From NCBI GenBank assembly GCA_012295275.1, contig CM022679.1, positions 25,668,001 to 25,732,000 of the forward strand: a stretch of 64,000 nucleotides of DNA, written 5' to 3'. The notes beneath the pieces were generated by a model. That model saw only the letters and a list, made by a program, of their open reading frames with translations, made no database searches and was not told where the DNA came from. The translations under genes and the position numbers were made by a program. The stretch comes from Chrysomallon squamiferum. Lineage: Eukaryota; Animalia; Mollusca. Below are positions 1 to 13,487 of the stretch, piece after piece; positions within the stretch are counted from its first letter, which is position 1, and every line of letters begins with the position of its first letter.

Positions 1-502
1 AGATTTAACAAATATTTGACATCCATGGGTGTTTTTAAAACAAATTTTAACTTACTTTACTCAAATAATAAAGATAAGTAAACTTATTAAAGATTCTTCC
101 TGTTTGTAACTACAGGGAGATAACTCCTATGGAAGCAACCAACCAAAAAAAATATAATAATATTAATAAGGAGAGAAGGAAAAAGAAAGAAAGAAACTGA
201 AAAGAAAGAAACAAGGAAAGAATAAGACCAAAGTTAATTAAAGACTATATATTATTATATTATTATTATTAATGTTTTTCTTGGTGATGATGATGTAATA
301 TTTAACAAACTGTTATTTTTATATGTGTATACAGTATTTGAATTTACATTGCTATTAATATTGTTATTATTAATGTTTATATTTGTATTTATAGTTTTCT
401 TAATATAATTATTATTGCTACTTCTGCTGCTTTAATTATTATTATTGCTATTATTGTTGTTGTTGTTGTTGTTGTTGTTGTTATTTTTATAAAATGTTTC
501 AG

Positions 503-1942
503 GTTCATTGCGGCATGGAGGAGGCCATGACAGTTCAGAAGAGGAATCTACAGAAGGTCTGGCTACCTCCTCATCCATGGATCCAGCCATCACAGCTGCT
601 AACATGGATGAGCTGCAGCGTCGAATCTCTGACAGCTTCAGCAGGAAACTGCAGGAATGGGAAAGAAGGAAATACAAAAAGGAGTCAGGGAGTCCTGAGA
701 TAGAGAGAAAGAGCTTGAAGGTACGGAAGGACGAACGCCAGAAGAGTAAGAAGTCGCGAGAAGAGAAGGAGAAAGAAAAACTCGAGAAGCAGCGAGAACG
801 GGAAATCCAGAAGGTTGAGCGAGAGCAGGTGAAGCTGGACAAAGAAAAGATGAGACTAGAAAAAGAGCGACTGCGAGCATTGGAAAGGGAGGCGAAGCTG
901 GAGAAAATGAAAGGTCGTTTGAGCCAGTCGGATGTGGATACTTCGTCTTTTAAAAACCCGGTACTGAGTCCTCTTGCAGAGTATAAAGTAACATCAGACT
1001 TCGCTCACAAACTTCACGAGTGGGAACTGATGAAAGGTCTTTCCCATGACATATCATCAGCTATTTACTTTGAGGCACAGAAACGAAGTCTGCAGCAACA
1101 AGGAGGAAAAGAAGAGCACGCTGCAAAGCAGGAGTTGTCTCCCTCGAGGGAAGAAGGGGCAACAGCTGGCACAAAACCTCCCCCTTTGATGCTTACCCCT
1201 TACTGGGATTCTCCTGAAGACACCTCCCCTGTTGAAAAAACTTCCGAAGTCAGCATCGGTGATGAATCAAGTATTACAGATGGCAGCATGACTAAGAGCA
1301 ATATTGCAAGGTATGTTGAAATAATTCTTTAAAATTTCTAGTAATAAATCTATTTTTGTACTGACGTGAATCAAACTGTCTGTACACTCTATGATGTATT
1401 CTTTTGGGTGTCTAATTTTGGTTTTTACTTTTTTTCCTGTTACAAGTCCTAAATGTTAGCAGTACAAGCAAAATGACTAACAGCAGAATATCAAGAACAT
1501 TCAGTAAAGTGGTTTTTGTTGTAGTTTCCAAGCCAAACTCTGCATAATAGATCAAGGCAATAAAACTAAAAATAACTTAAGATATAACCTCTCATTATTC
1601 TAAAGTAAAATGATCACAGGGCTGTAATGGTTTAACAATAATCCTTACAAGAGTTTTTGGAAAAAATTTGGAAAAATTCTTATGTAAAATTATTATTACC
1701 TAAATTAAATTAAAATTTTTTAAATTAATATTATCTTTGTTGTATTCTAAAGTAACATTAATAATAACTTTGTAATAATAATTCTAAAGTAAACTGATAT
1801 TAACATTGTTAAATTTTATATTAACTTTGTTGTATTTGAAATTAAATTAATATTAACATTGTTGTAATCTAAAGTAATTTAATACTAGCTTCCTTATAAA
1901 CTCACTAGAATTACCAATATTATTGTTGTTGTTGTGTTGTTG

Positions 1943-1976
<34 letters not shown>

Positions 1977-4900
1977 AACATTTTTTATAATACTTCCTAA
2001 TGTTATAAGATTTTGAAATATTTTGAAACAAAATATGTTTTAATTAAGTTAACCTTTTCATCAAGTTTCTATGCTGCATGCCAATACCTTGGTATTGTTT
2101 GCACCAAACTGTAAACAAAACACTTTTATGTTCTGTTGTTTTGCACATATTTACGTGTTTCCCTTTAAATTATTTAGCCTTATGATTTAAAATTTTATTG
2201 TTAATATTTGCATTTATGTCATTAGTTAATTTGTTATTTTTGTGGATCTATTTAAACCTTTTTGTATTCAGTGTCAGTTTTTGAGTTATACTGAATAGTC
2301 TCTGTTCAGATTTCTGTAATTTTTTATTTTTATTATTATTTAATAATAAAGTTAATGGTTTTTATCCCAAACAAATTGTACTGTGCCAGAAGCAGATCCA
2401 GGTTGTTGTTTTTTTAGTAATTTTGAGTCCTGACGTAAAAAGAACTGACAAACCCATTGAAATTAAGATAAAGAAACAGTTTAGTTTTTAAATAAATTTG
2501 TGTGTGAATGTGTGTGTGTGTGTGTGTGTTGGTGAGTGTAAACAAACACAAAATTTATTTTTATGCATAGACATTAAAAAAAAGAAAAAAGAAAAGGACT
2601 GAAAAAACTGATCTTTATGAGAAGAAATGGTGTTTGTTTAGATTTCCTCACTTGTCCCTGGATCTGTTACTGCATACACAGCATTTGTAATTTGTTTTTC
2701 ATTTGATTTCTGTGATTTTCTGAAGCAGACCTGCCAACTAAAAAAAAAAAAAAAAAAAAAAAAAGCAAAATTTATGCATTGTAAAAGTAAAAAAAAAAAA
2801 AACAATAATGACTTTAAAAATTATTGTTACAAATTATTCTGGATAATATAGATATAAAATTTATATCTTCTAAATAAAGCATAACCATACAAAACCTAAT
2901 AATAATAATAAAAAATTAAAATAAAAAAAATATTTAAAATACCACATGTTTGTGGAAAACTTAAAAATATTGCTGTTGGCATTCTGCTTTCTGTAGTGTC
3001 TTATTTTAATTTTTCATCCACAAAGAAGACATTCTGACTGTACCAGTGGGAAATCAGACCTTGTCTTCTGGTTAGTGGTATTTGCATCTTATTGTGTCTT
3101 TTTGTTTCTTTTTGTTTTCCTTCGTTTTGTTTGCCTGCAATGTAGTGATCCGTTGTGTGGTGTGTTGCCTCACTTTGACGAGTATCATGAGGCTCATCAG
3201 TATGATGATTTTGACAGTCTGGAACGGGCAAACCAGAAGCTCCTAGAGCAACTTAAGCTAAAGGAGATGGAGTATGCAACAGTTCAGGTGGATGTTAAGG
3301 AGCTGAATGAGAAGCTTACGAAAGCCAAAGAGGAATGTTCCATAGAGATGGGTGAGAACAGACATTATACATTTTTTTATATTAGTTAAAGTGTTCCTGA
3401 TGATGTACAAACAGTCTAATAAAATAGATAATATTTCTTACTATTCTAAGTTAAAGTGCTTAAGTGGTCTGATAAAATTCTTTATGCTTCCAAGTTTTTA
3501 TTGTATTGTTCTAGGTAACGTACCATTGCTCATTTACAAAGTATTACAATAAAAAATACAAAATATCAGGCACAAAACATCTGAATGTCATGATATTTTA
3601 CACCTTTAAAACTGTTGTGTGTCATCATGTCCTTGGATGACTGATAGTTGGGTGTTTTCTGACAACAATGGAAGAAACTGTACAAAAATTTGGTTGTCTC
3701 GGTACACTGTGACATCATAACTACAGAAAAATAGGGATACCAAGGGTTTTTTAGACTGTGTTGTTTTGTTATTATACTTTATTATTAATAAAGTTTGGAT
3801 TTTAAAAAAAAAATGAAACACACAAAGCATGCGGAAAAGATTTACATTTTTTTTTCTTTACATCATGAATGGGTAGACTTAAAACATTATGATAGAATGA
3901 TGAAAATTCTGATTAAAACTAAAAACACTGAAAATCTTTTATTTATTTATAAAGCATTTACCTAAGGAGTTGATCTTCTTAACCTTTTATTTTTGAGTGC
4001 TCCATATCCAACTAGTTGTAAGGTTCACGCCCCTGGCTTACATTTTATACTATGATAGAAGTGTAATGAATTATGTAGCATAGTTATAAGAATTCATGCT
4101 TTTAAAAATATAGCTTTTTGCCAAGTTCTCAAATGTAAATCACTGGACTAAGAAGTAATATGTAATGCACCTAATCTGCCCATGTCATATTTTGGGGTCA
4201 TAGTCCTTATATATTTTTAAGGATAATGATTGAACTGTAGTGCCAGTGAAAGTGGTAGAAATGACTGTATTAAAGCTCTTTTAGTACATAATGGGTTTCT
4301 ACAATAATTCAGTAAATATCTTAACATTCAAATACACTGGACAAAATTGATTTGGTGCAAGATCAATGGTATGTCTGAATACCAGTGGTCATTCCTTTTA
4401 TAGAAACACTATCAGTCACACAACAATGGACAGACTGAACAGTCATTAGAGTTACCTCTTAATACAGCAGAACCTTGATTTAATGGACAATTATTGTAAA
4501 CATACACTTGTAGAATCATAGAGTTAATTCTTGATACAGCAGAACCTTGATTTAATGGACAATTATAGTAAACATACACTTGTAGAATCATAGAGTTAAT
4601 TCTTAATACAGCAGAACCTTGATTTAATGGACAATTATAGTAAACATACACTTGTTGAATCATAGAGTTACTTCTTAATATAGCAGAATCTTGATTTAAT
4701 GGACTATTACTGTAAACATACTTGTAGAATCAGTAGAGTTAATTCTTAATACAGCAGAACTTTGATTTAATGGACAATTACTGTAAACATACTTGTAGAA
4801 TCAGTAGAGTTAATTCTTAATACAGTAGAACCTTGATTTAATGGACTATTATAGTAAACTTGTAGAATCATAGAGTTACTTCCTAATACAGCAAAACATA

Positions 4901-5808
4901 GATTTAATGGACAATTATTGTAAACATACACTTGTAGAATCATAAAGTTACTTCTTAATACAGTAGAATCTTGATTTAGTGGGCTATTATAGTAAACATA
5001 CACTTGTAGAATCATAGAGTTACTTCCTAATACAGCAAAACATAGATTTAATGGACAATTATTGTAAACATACACTTGTAGAATCATAAAGTTACTTCTT
5101 AATACAGTAGAATCTTGATTATTATTGTAAACATACACTTGTAGAATCATAGAGATACTTCTGAATACAGCAGATTCTTGATTTAATGGATGTGATTCAT
5201 TCACAAATATCAAAAATCCTTTCTGTTTTTATTTATGCAAAGTTTTTATTATTATTTATTAATTTATTTAATTATTTATTATTATTATTATTTTTTTTTA
5301 TTTTTTATTTTACTTATTTTTTTAATTTTATTTTTTTTTATTTTATTATTACTACTTTTCTTTTTTATAAAGTTATCCTAAAATTCAAGGCCTACTGTAC
5401 TTTAATTTAGACAATTCATTTTTGATGGATTGTTGAGTCTGAACTAAGGTAAAACTCATTTTATAAAAATGATCTATTGAATGGAAATAATATTTCCTAA
5501 TAATTTGTTAATAATAATTAATGACTTTCAGATGAGCAGTGTTGCCTTGTGGCCATATTTTTATTTTATTTTATTTGTTTTGGCTTAACAGATTTTTTTT
5601 ATTAATCATACAAGTACAAATAAATCTTTGCAAGTGCAAAAAGCAATTAATGAAATAGTTCTTAATTATTATCATCATCTTCATTATTATTCACATTATT
5701 ACGACTGTTGCTGTCACTGTCATTATAATTATTATTATAGATGTAGTAGTAGTAGTAATAATAATAATAATAATAACAATAATAATAATTATTATTATTA
5801 TATTATTA

Positions 5809-5849
<41 letters not shown>

Positions 5850-8800
5850 TATTATTATTATTTTTTTTTTTTTTTTTTTCCTGGAAATCTTCCCATATTT
5901 TTTTTTAAAATTTGAACTAATCAGTAATATTATTTACATAGAAGGCCATTAAGTTTTTTTCATTTATTTAAAAAAACAAAACAAATTCAAGCTATTAGTG
6001 AAATCCTTGGAGGATAATTTTCCACACTGAAAGCACTTTAAAAATGAAAAACAATCCTTAGCCACTTTGAATCATGAATTTCAATTACAACTGGACTATG
6101 TTCAGTGACACTAATGATGTCTCAGAGTACAAACAGTTTATTTCTATTGTGTTGTGAAAATACATTTACATGAGAGACTTAGAATAAGGAATTTTCCTCA
6201 AAGGAATTTGTGTGACAAAGGTTTAAACATTGAAAACGGAGAGAAAAATACTTTCAGTATATTTTAACGTTAAAGGTTATTAAGCATCAAGTATAAGATT
6301 TCTTTTTTATACAGATTTTTTTTATTATTTATTTACATGAAAGAGGAACCCTGCTTCCACCATTCCACAACCTAAATTATTAATCAATATCAACTGATCT
6401 TTTATCTCTATCTTTTTACATGTTTTTTTTATCACTGTAAAGCACATAATTATACATTTTTTATGGAATATAGACTAGAACAGGATATAGTGAAATTGGT
6501 GAATTTAGCTGGATTGATGTTATGACCCACAATATTCTTCAGTAATAATAAAGTATCTGACCAAAAAATTTAAAAAGTCCAATTATGCAATGCAAGTGGC
6601 AACAGGTGACATCAGTTCTTACCTATAAATATGGGGTAAGGGTGGATATAAAGTTGACAATTTCTGAATCTAAGTTTTGTACCATGTATAAACAACAACA
6701 AATTATGAATGATGTATGTAATCTTACAGAAGAAAAAAAAAATTAAATATATATCAGAATTTGACAATCTGTCAAAAATGTAAAAAATACATGATATATT
6801 TTTATATTTTGAATGAAATGTTATTCCAGTTAATCTTCAAATTGTGCTCCTATCGTGTATGAGACAAGATTTCTTGCAGAGTGTATTTGTAAAAATTACT
6901 GATTACCAGTGAAACACAAGGCTGATAGTGTATAACACTGACAGATAAATTTAATAATATACTCATTTTATTTATTTTTTTTAACCTTCAATTTATCATT
7001 TTTTTCCTCTTCCTTTTTTTCTTAAAACATCCTCACAGGATATGAGCTAGAAAGATTATAATCTGATATAAAAAAACCTAAAAAAAACTATGTGGGTTAA
7101 TTTTAAACATGTTTTTTTTTTTTTATTGCAGCAAAATATCGGGCAGAACATGGAGCGAGTGGTCGGCCATTTCCAGTGTCAGTTGGTCAGTTAGAAAACA
7201 TAGCGACTGACATGGAGGAGAAAATAAAACAGCTGGAAAGTTTTGGAGAGAAGTTGGCTGAAAGCATGGAAAGAGCAGCAGTAAGTTTCAACATTTTAAT
7301 TTTTTTTCATTTTCTTTTTCTTTCTATCCTGTCACTGTTTCTCCATTTCTATGCTTTTATTATTTTTCCACTTCATTCTTCCTTCCTTCCTTTCATATTT
7401 TGTCCTTTTTTTGGTTCATTTTTCTTTCTTTCTTTTCTTTTCTTTCTTTCCTTCATTTTTCTTTCTGCCTTAAATAGGATTCTTTACATTTTTCTGGCAA
7501 AATCAAAATTAACAACAAAAATAATTTATATCAAAAGTCTTTGTACTTATTTAGAAGATAGAAAAAATTTACTATTTCTACTTTAAATTTTTTCTTTCAT
7601 TGCTTCATCATTACACAATTTCGTAATAAAATGATGAGTTTCCTTCTTTTTTTTCCCTTTTTTTTTTTTTTTGTTTTCATTAATCTTTCAGCATGGCATT
7701 TAGCAAGATTATTTATTACTCAAAATCTAAGCATCATTTGTCATCCGAAGTACAAGCATCATTATCAAAAAGCAAGAATAATATTTTACAGGAAATAACA
7801 GCTATTTAATCAGATCTGGTCTGTTTGATGCAATGAAATTCGTATAAAAGCTTAAACGCAGCTTGATGTGTGGTGTTTGTGTTGCAGATTGGGAAGTGGC
7901 AGAGTATTGAGGGTGAGGAAACGGTGGGTGTTCAGTTGATGGATTTGGTGGAGCAGATGAGAACTATGCTGACCCAGGCCTCTCAAACAGGTTGGTTATT
8001 ATTTTCACTCCTTAGAGGTTATTTAAAAATTGTACATAACTGATAAAAAGATATTTATTTTGGGTAAAAGGTTTTTTTTTCATAGTGGTTTGATGTTATT
8101 TGTAATGTTTAGAAGTTATTTACAATTACATAGGATAGTTAGAACTTGTTTCAGTTATATAGGATTGTTAAAATTATTTAGAATGGTTAGAAGTTATTTA
8201 CAGTCGTTAGAGGTTATTTACAATGGTTAGAAGTTATTTAAGTGGTTAGAAGTTATTTACAATGATAAGAAGTTTTTCCAGTGGTTAGAAGTTATTTAGA
8301 GTCTCAGAACTTTGTTAGAATGTACAGTATATACACTTTCAGTTATTTTCAGTCACATAAGGTTAGCTTGAAGATGTTAGACTAATTGCAAATCTGTTAT
8401 GAATTATTTACAGCCACAAAGAGTAATTAAAAGTTTATCTATTTTTATTTTATTTTATTTCATTTTATTTCATTTTAATCTTCCTTTTATAATTTCGTCA
8501 TCCAATTTGTTGTTTTTTATTTACAGAGGAAATTTCCAAGAAATCATCAGCATTACAAAATTTTGAAAAACTTTACAGTCAGGCAATGCAACTACAAGTT
8601 CAGGTAAGAATAATAATTTATGAGAAGGTGAATATATAAGAATACTATGAACTGCATGACTAAAACTACATAAAGCTGGTATTGAACTGTTTTTTAAAAA
8701 TTACATTATTGCTCATTAGCCTTTCTTAAGCTATTTCCTGTTCCAGCTGGTCATCTGTAATTTCTGTTACAAAGGCAGCGATATTTGCTTTACTGTCTTG

Positions 8801-9766
8801 TACAGCCATTATTCCTTAGAGTATTTCTTCCTGTATTTCATAAAACAATCTTTTCAGTTTTAATTTAGTTATTAATTTATTTTTGACAGATGAATAATGT
8901 CTCCTGTATTCCAGAACAGCACGTGCTGTCTGGTCAACTTTGATTCATTTTCTAATCCGTATATTTTGACAGATGAATAACCTGCGACTGAGTCACTTGC
9001 AGCGCAACAAGGAAATAATAGAGATCAAGAGGCAGCTACTGTTGCAGGAGGTTAACAACTTGATGCTGCAGGCTGACATAGCGCGCCGTGAGACCGAGCT
9101 CCACCAGTTACACGTGACGAAAAAACACCCACCGGGCGTCAAGCGTAGGAATACGTTCACTGCGGGACAGTCGTCAGCTGATCAGATGGTGAGTGTTCAC
9201 ACAGTATAACTGAGTATTCAGAGAGCATGAGTATTTATTTAGAGAAAGTGTGAGTGTTTAGATAAAGTGTGGGTGTTGAGACAACGTAGGGAGTTTTTAG
9301 GTGGGGAATATTTAGATAAAATATGAGTATTTAGACAGAGTAGTGAGTATTTAGACAAAGTGCGAGTAATTTTGACAGAGTAGTGAGTATTTAGACAAAG
9401 TGCGAGTAATTTTGACAGAATAGTGAGAATTTAGAATTAGTATGCATAAGTAGACTTAAGTAATGAATATTTAGAGAAAAATTTGAATATTTTGACAAAA
9501 TGAGCAGAAATTATCTTAAAATAATACAATGAGTACAAACATTGTTAAAATAATGAGTTAGCGGTGAAAAATTAATACTGTATTGAGTAGAGTGGAAAAA
9601 TAAAGAAATGAGCATGAAAACTAAGTGTGAGAAGAAGTGAGTATTAAATGAATCATGAGCAAGAGGTGAGCATGATGGAAAGCAGGTTTATAAATTGTTA
9701 AAAAGTTATTTGATTAAAAATACACTCTTATAAAAGTCATAATTTTTATTATTATTGGTACTGTTG

Positions 9767-9801
<35 letters not shown>

Positions 9802-12800
9802 TTAGTTATTGTTGTTTTGTTGATGTTATTTATTATTATTATTAATTAGTATTGTTGTTTATTATCATCATTATTATTAATTATTATTAATTATTATTAT
9901 TATTATTATTACTACTACTACTACTATTGTTAATGTTGCTGTTGTTGTTATTGTTGCTATTGTTGTTGTTGTGTATTTATTAAGATTTTAATTTCAGTCT
10001 GAGAGGAAGGCCTCAGCTGAACATCCATCCATTGAAATGTTTGTTAGTGTGAAAGAAACAGAAGCTTCGACTGGTGACCGTGGACCACCAGATAAACCAG
10101 CTGAAACTCAGACTACCACAGGTGAGTTCCATCCATTATCAGAATGTAACAACAGTTGTTCATCTTACCCTCCTTACCACTGGATCAAACCATTCACACT
10201 ATTACAGTAGATGAAATAATTTTATCAGTAGAAGAAAGAGATTTTAAAAAGTGTCAGCTATGGTAGAAGTAGATGAGAAAATGTTGTTGGAAGTAGATAA
10301 AATGTGAATTATTGTAGAAGTTGGTAAAAAAATATTTAATGTTGTTGGAAATAGATGAAAAAAATTATAATTGACAGAAGCAGATGTATGTTAGAGACTC
10401 TGTTATAGCTTTGTGTATTGTGACTGCTAGAGTGAAAATGTTTAAGAAATTTTTGAAGTTCCTTTTAATAATAGTTATAGAATTTATTGATAGTTGTTTG
10501 TATATCTAGTTTATAGCAAATAATACAATTCCCAAACCTTTTTGTGTTAAAATGTTTTATCCTTTGTTTCCTAAAATATCTAAGATAGATAAGAATTTAT
10601 AATTAATTTTAAAAAAAGTCAAATATTACATTAATAGTCCCTTTATTCTTCCAGTAGGTTTTGATTAAATATTTTACTGTTTAAATAATCTGAAAGATAA
10701 CGGTTTATCTGTGTTTACTTATTTTAATGCCATCTGAAGGAAAACGTAAATCAAAGGTAATAATATGATGTTATTTGTATTTACTTTATGTTGTCTTTTT
10801 CTTGTTTTTATTTATGGTGATTATCAGAGTGTGCAGATAAATTAAAAATTAATTTTCTTCTTGTCTACTTTGTTTTTGTAATCTCTGTTGTTATTTAGGT
10901 TTTTGTATTTTATTTTTGGTGTCTTAGGACGTAAAGGAGATGGTACTAGTTTGTATGTAATCTGAAAGACAATAATAATGTGTTTTAAACATTGAAAATT
11001 TTCATGTCAGTTATTGTGTTGATATTAAAAGTGTGTCAAATATGGTAATTTTATTATTTTTGTTATTGTAATATGTTTTTTATAATTTCAGGGAATTTTA
11101 TTTTTAAATTAATGATATCTGTAATTTGGTATTTGTTATCGTTATTTAAATATTTTCTTTTTGCTTGTACAAAATATATTTGAAATTTTATTTTTGTTAA
11201 CAATTTATCGTAATTAATTTTGAAAATGCTTTGTCTAATCTAACTGGCCAACATTACAAACCAAAACTCACAGGCACACACAGAGACATTTATTTAATTT
11301 AAATTATAACAAAGTGTTTTGATTATTTCAGATTTGGAGGAATCGAAAAAGGTAGAAGAAAAACAAGAAGTCAGTCCAGTATCTGGTGATGTAGGATCAT
11401 CAGCTGACAGCGGTGGCAAAATGCATTCCAGTGAATCAATAGGGCACAAAGAAGATGTTAGGAAACACATAAGTGACACTCGTTTGAAGAAAACAGGGAA
11501 AATCAGTTTGGAACGTGAATTTTCAATCCATGATGACGAAGAGCAGATAACTCCGAGGTTGTCGTCTGCCAAGGTTTCTCTTCCTTACGATCATTCATCA
11601 CAGGACCAGGTTTCTGTCTCTGAAGTGGAGAAGGGGTCTCCCACTCTAGACACGGGAACTGTGAGTCTGCCTGAATCCCAGGATGACTTTCCTAGAACAG
11701 TGTCAGAAAAACCCATTACTGAGACCCCTAAGAAACTCATTCCAGAGCAGGTTAGAAGTTTGGAGAAACCCAAGCTTGTAAAATCTGCGCCAATTGTTGA
11801 TGACGAATATTCCCCAACTAAAACTGTGATGAAATGTACAGATGTAGCTGAAGAGCAGGAACAGAGTGATTCTGTGCCTGACTTGACTCAGGAGAGTAGA
11901 GAACTAAAGAAATTACCCAGTCCTGCAACACGCTCTAGAATTCCACGTAAATACGGAGATAGAAGTCGAAAGAAGCAGGATCCCGACACAGGCAGGTGCA
12001 CTTCTCCGAAACCCAAGTCTAAATCTGATCCAACATACAAACCCCCATCGCACCCACAAAGCACACCAGTGATACATTCCCCACTCTTACACATCCCACT
12101 TGAACTGGCATCTCGCTCGCACAGTGCAGACGAGATTCAGAAACAAAAGCCGTACACAAGTGGTGAAGAAGACGCCAGATCATCTCGCGAGACGTCAAAA
12201 GCTCCGTCAATATGTGAAACAGCTCGCAGGACGCTAGAGTTTCGCCAGACACCAAGTCCCACGCTGCATGTGGGAGTGGTGTCCGCGGTGAAACGCCTGA
12301 AACCTGCCGCTGAGCTGCTCGAAGAAAGCCAGCGATACCGCAGTGGTCATTCTATATATGCACAACGCATAATGCAAAAATACATCACGAAAGATGATAA
12401 AAAATACGAGGAAAAATCGAGGAAACATGACAAAGAGAATATTTCTGGACATTATGTACAAGCAATCGTAAAGCGACTATCAAGAGAGGGCACACCCATC
12501 CGAAGTGTAGAATCTTCGAGAACGAATTCTTCATTGTCGCTACCCAGATCAGAGTCACCGCACTCACAGTCAGAATTTGTTTCGCACATCGTTCATGTAC
12601 TTTCCTCTCCCAGTGGACCAGACCATCACAAAGTAAATGCTCCCTTGAAAGATGTAACAAATGATGGACACGTCAAGAAAATGTCAGAAGTTTTCGACTC
12701 TTCCAGCCTGACAGGAGCTCCAGAGAGAGCCATGTCAGACTCGGAAGTGAAGAAACGAAAATCGGAAAGGACACCCTTAGCCCCGACTCAGCGCCAGTCG

Positions 12801-13487
12801 TGTGAGTTGGGAGCCCTTCACATTGTAACGACATCGTCGCACCAGGTTGCGACAACACTATCATCAAGCTCTGTGATAACAAGCACTTTGAAACCAGACT
12901 CAACTATAAGCCCAACAAACCATCAGTCCATGCCCAGTCTGGGCACATCACGGCAGGTATCGTTCGAAGAGCCACTGCGGGATCGGTCAGCGACGTACAG
13001 CGCTGTCAGCGAACATGCACCAAAAGCAGCTGGGAAGCAATCCGAAGACATCGTAATCCTGTCTCAAGATGTACCATCGTCATCATCGTCATCAGTACTG
13101 TTGGCTCACCGTTCTCATACTGGAAAAACTGTGGCATTCCAAGAATCTTCATCTCCAGGGCAGAAAACAAGCTCAAAACCATTGTCACCGAGGTTGCACG
13201 AACGGCGAGGCAAGAAGAAAATGGGGACCATTGGTGTGCTTTGTAAACAGTCCATGTCTTTTGATCTGGGCGTTTCACGTCACGTCACTGAGTGGGATAC
13301 TCACGTAGAAGGCATCTCCTATAGAAAAGAAAAGAGCACCTCTAGCTCGCCCCGCCCCTCATCCACCAGCTCTGAGGGAGAAGGAGCACCTACCTCACCT
13401 ACAGAAGAAAAGAAACATTCGCGTAGAGGCTTTCTGGATTCAAGATGGCTCCAGAAGCCAAAGAAATTCTTTAAAGTTTCGAAGTAA
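503..13487 (+). CDS. Uncharacterized large coiled-coil / Ser-Pro-rich disordered protein, 5'-partial (about 1278 aa in window); exons 503-1310, 3146-3351, 7132-7280, 7888-7990, 8527-8603, 8973-9188, 9998-10121, 11332-13487
   Basis: All eight exons have AG/GT boundaries and join in frame (intron phases 2,1,0,1,0,0,1). They match ORF-track pieces 508..1332, 3075..3389, 7176.., 8973.. and 11319..13487. The product has an E/K/R-rich charged helix, heptad-like middle exons and a long low-complexity last exon. The first exon begins at an acceptor, so the start lies upstream of the window. Confidence 0.85.
2725..2987. mobile_element. Possible degenerate hAT-type MITE
   Basis: Ends GCAGACCTGCCAAC and GTTGGCATTCTGC are imperfect inverted repeats. 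Flanks TTTCTGAA / TTTCTGTA resemble an 8-bp TSD with one mismatch. Confidence 0.4.
4445..5190. repeat. Intronic minisatellite, about 67-70 bp unit, about 11 copies
   Basis: Recurring GAGTTA(A/C)TTCTTAATACAGCAGAACCTTGATTTAATGGACAATTAT..TAAACATACACTTGTAGAATCATA. It explains the repetitive ORFs 4412..4663 and 4767..5213. Confidence 0.95.
8100..8305. repeat. Degenerate about 20-bp minisatellite (GGTTAGAAGTTATTTACAAT)
   Basis: About 9-10 adjacent copies of TTAGAAGTTATTTA variants. Confidence 0.8.
9189..9500. repeat. About 19-20-bp minisatellite starting at a splice donor (GTGAGTATTTAGACAAAGT)
   Basis: Repeated GAGTATTTAGACA(A/G)AGT units begin at the real donor, 9189. Confidence 0.8.

Noticed and set aside
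432-880. Antisense ORFs over the first exon (and similar ones over 11294-13308)
   Set aside because: Antisense or alternate-frame shadows of real coding exons.
4412-5213. Repetitive minus-strand ORFs and a CRISPR-like look of the array
   Set aside because: Head-to-tail minisatellite without unique spacers or cas genes; the ORFs are by-products of the repeat.
5186-5915. Hydrophobic poly-I/F/N/Y ORFs (also 13511-13883, 47247-47493, 53494-53769, 59115-59321)
   Set aside because: Translations of AT-rich simple repeats.
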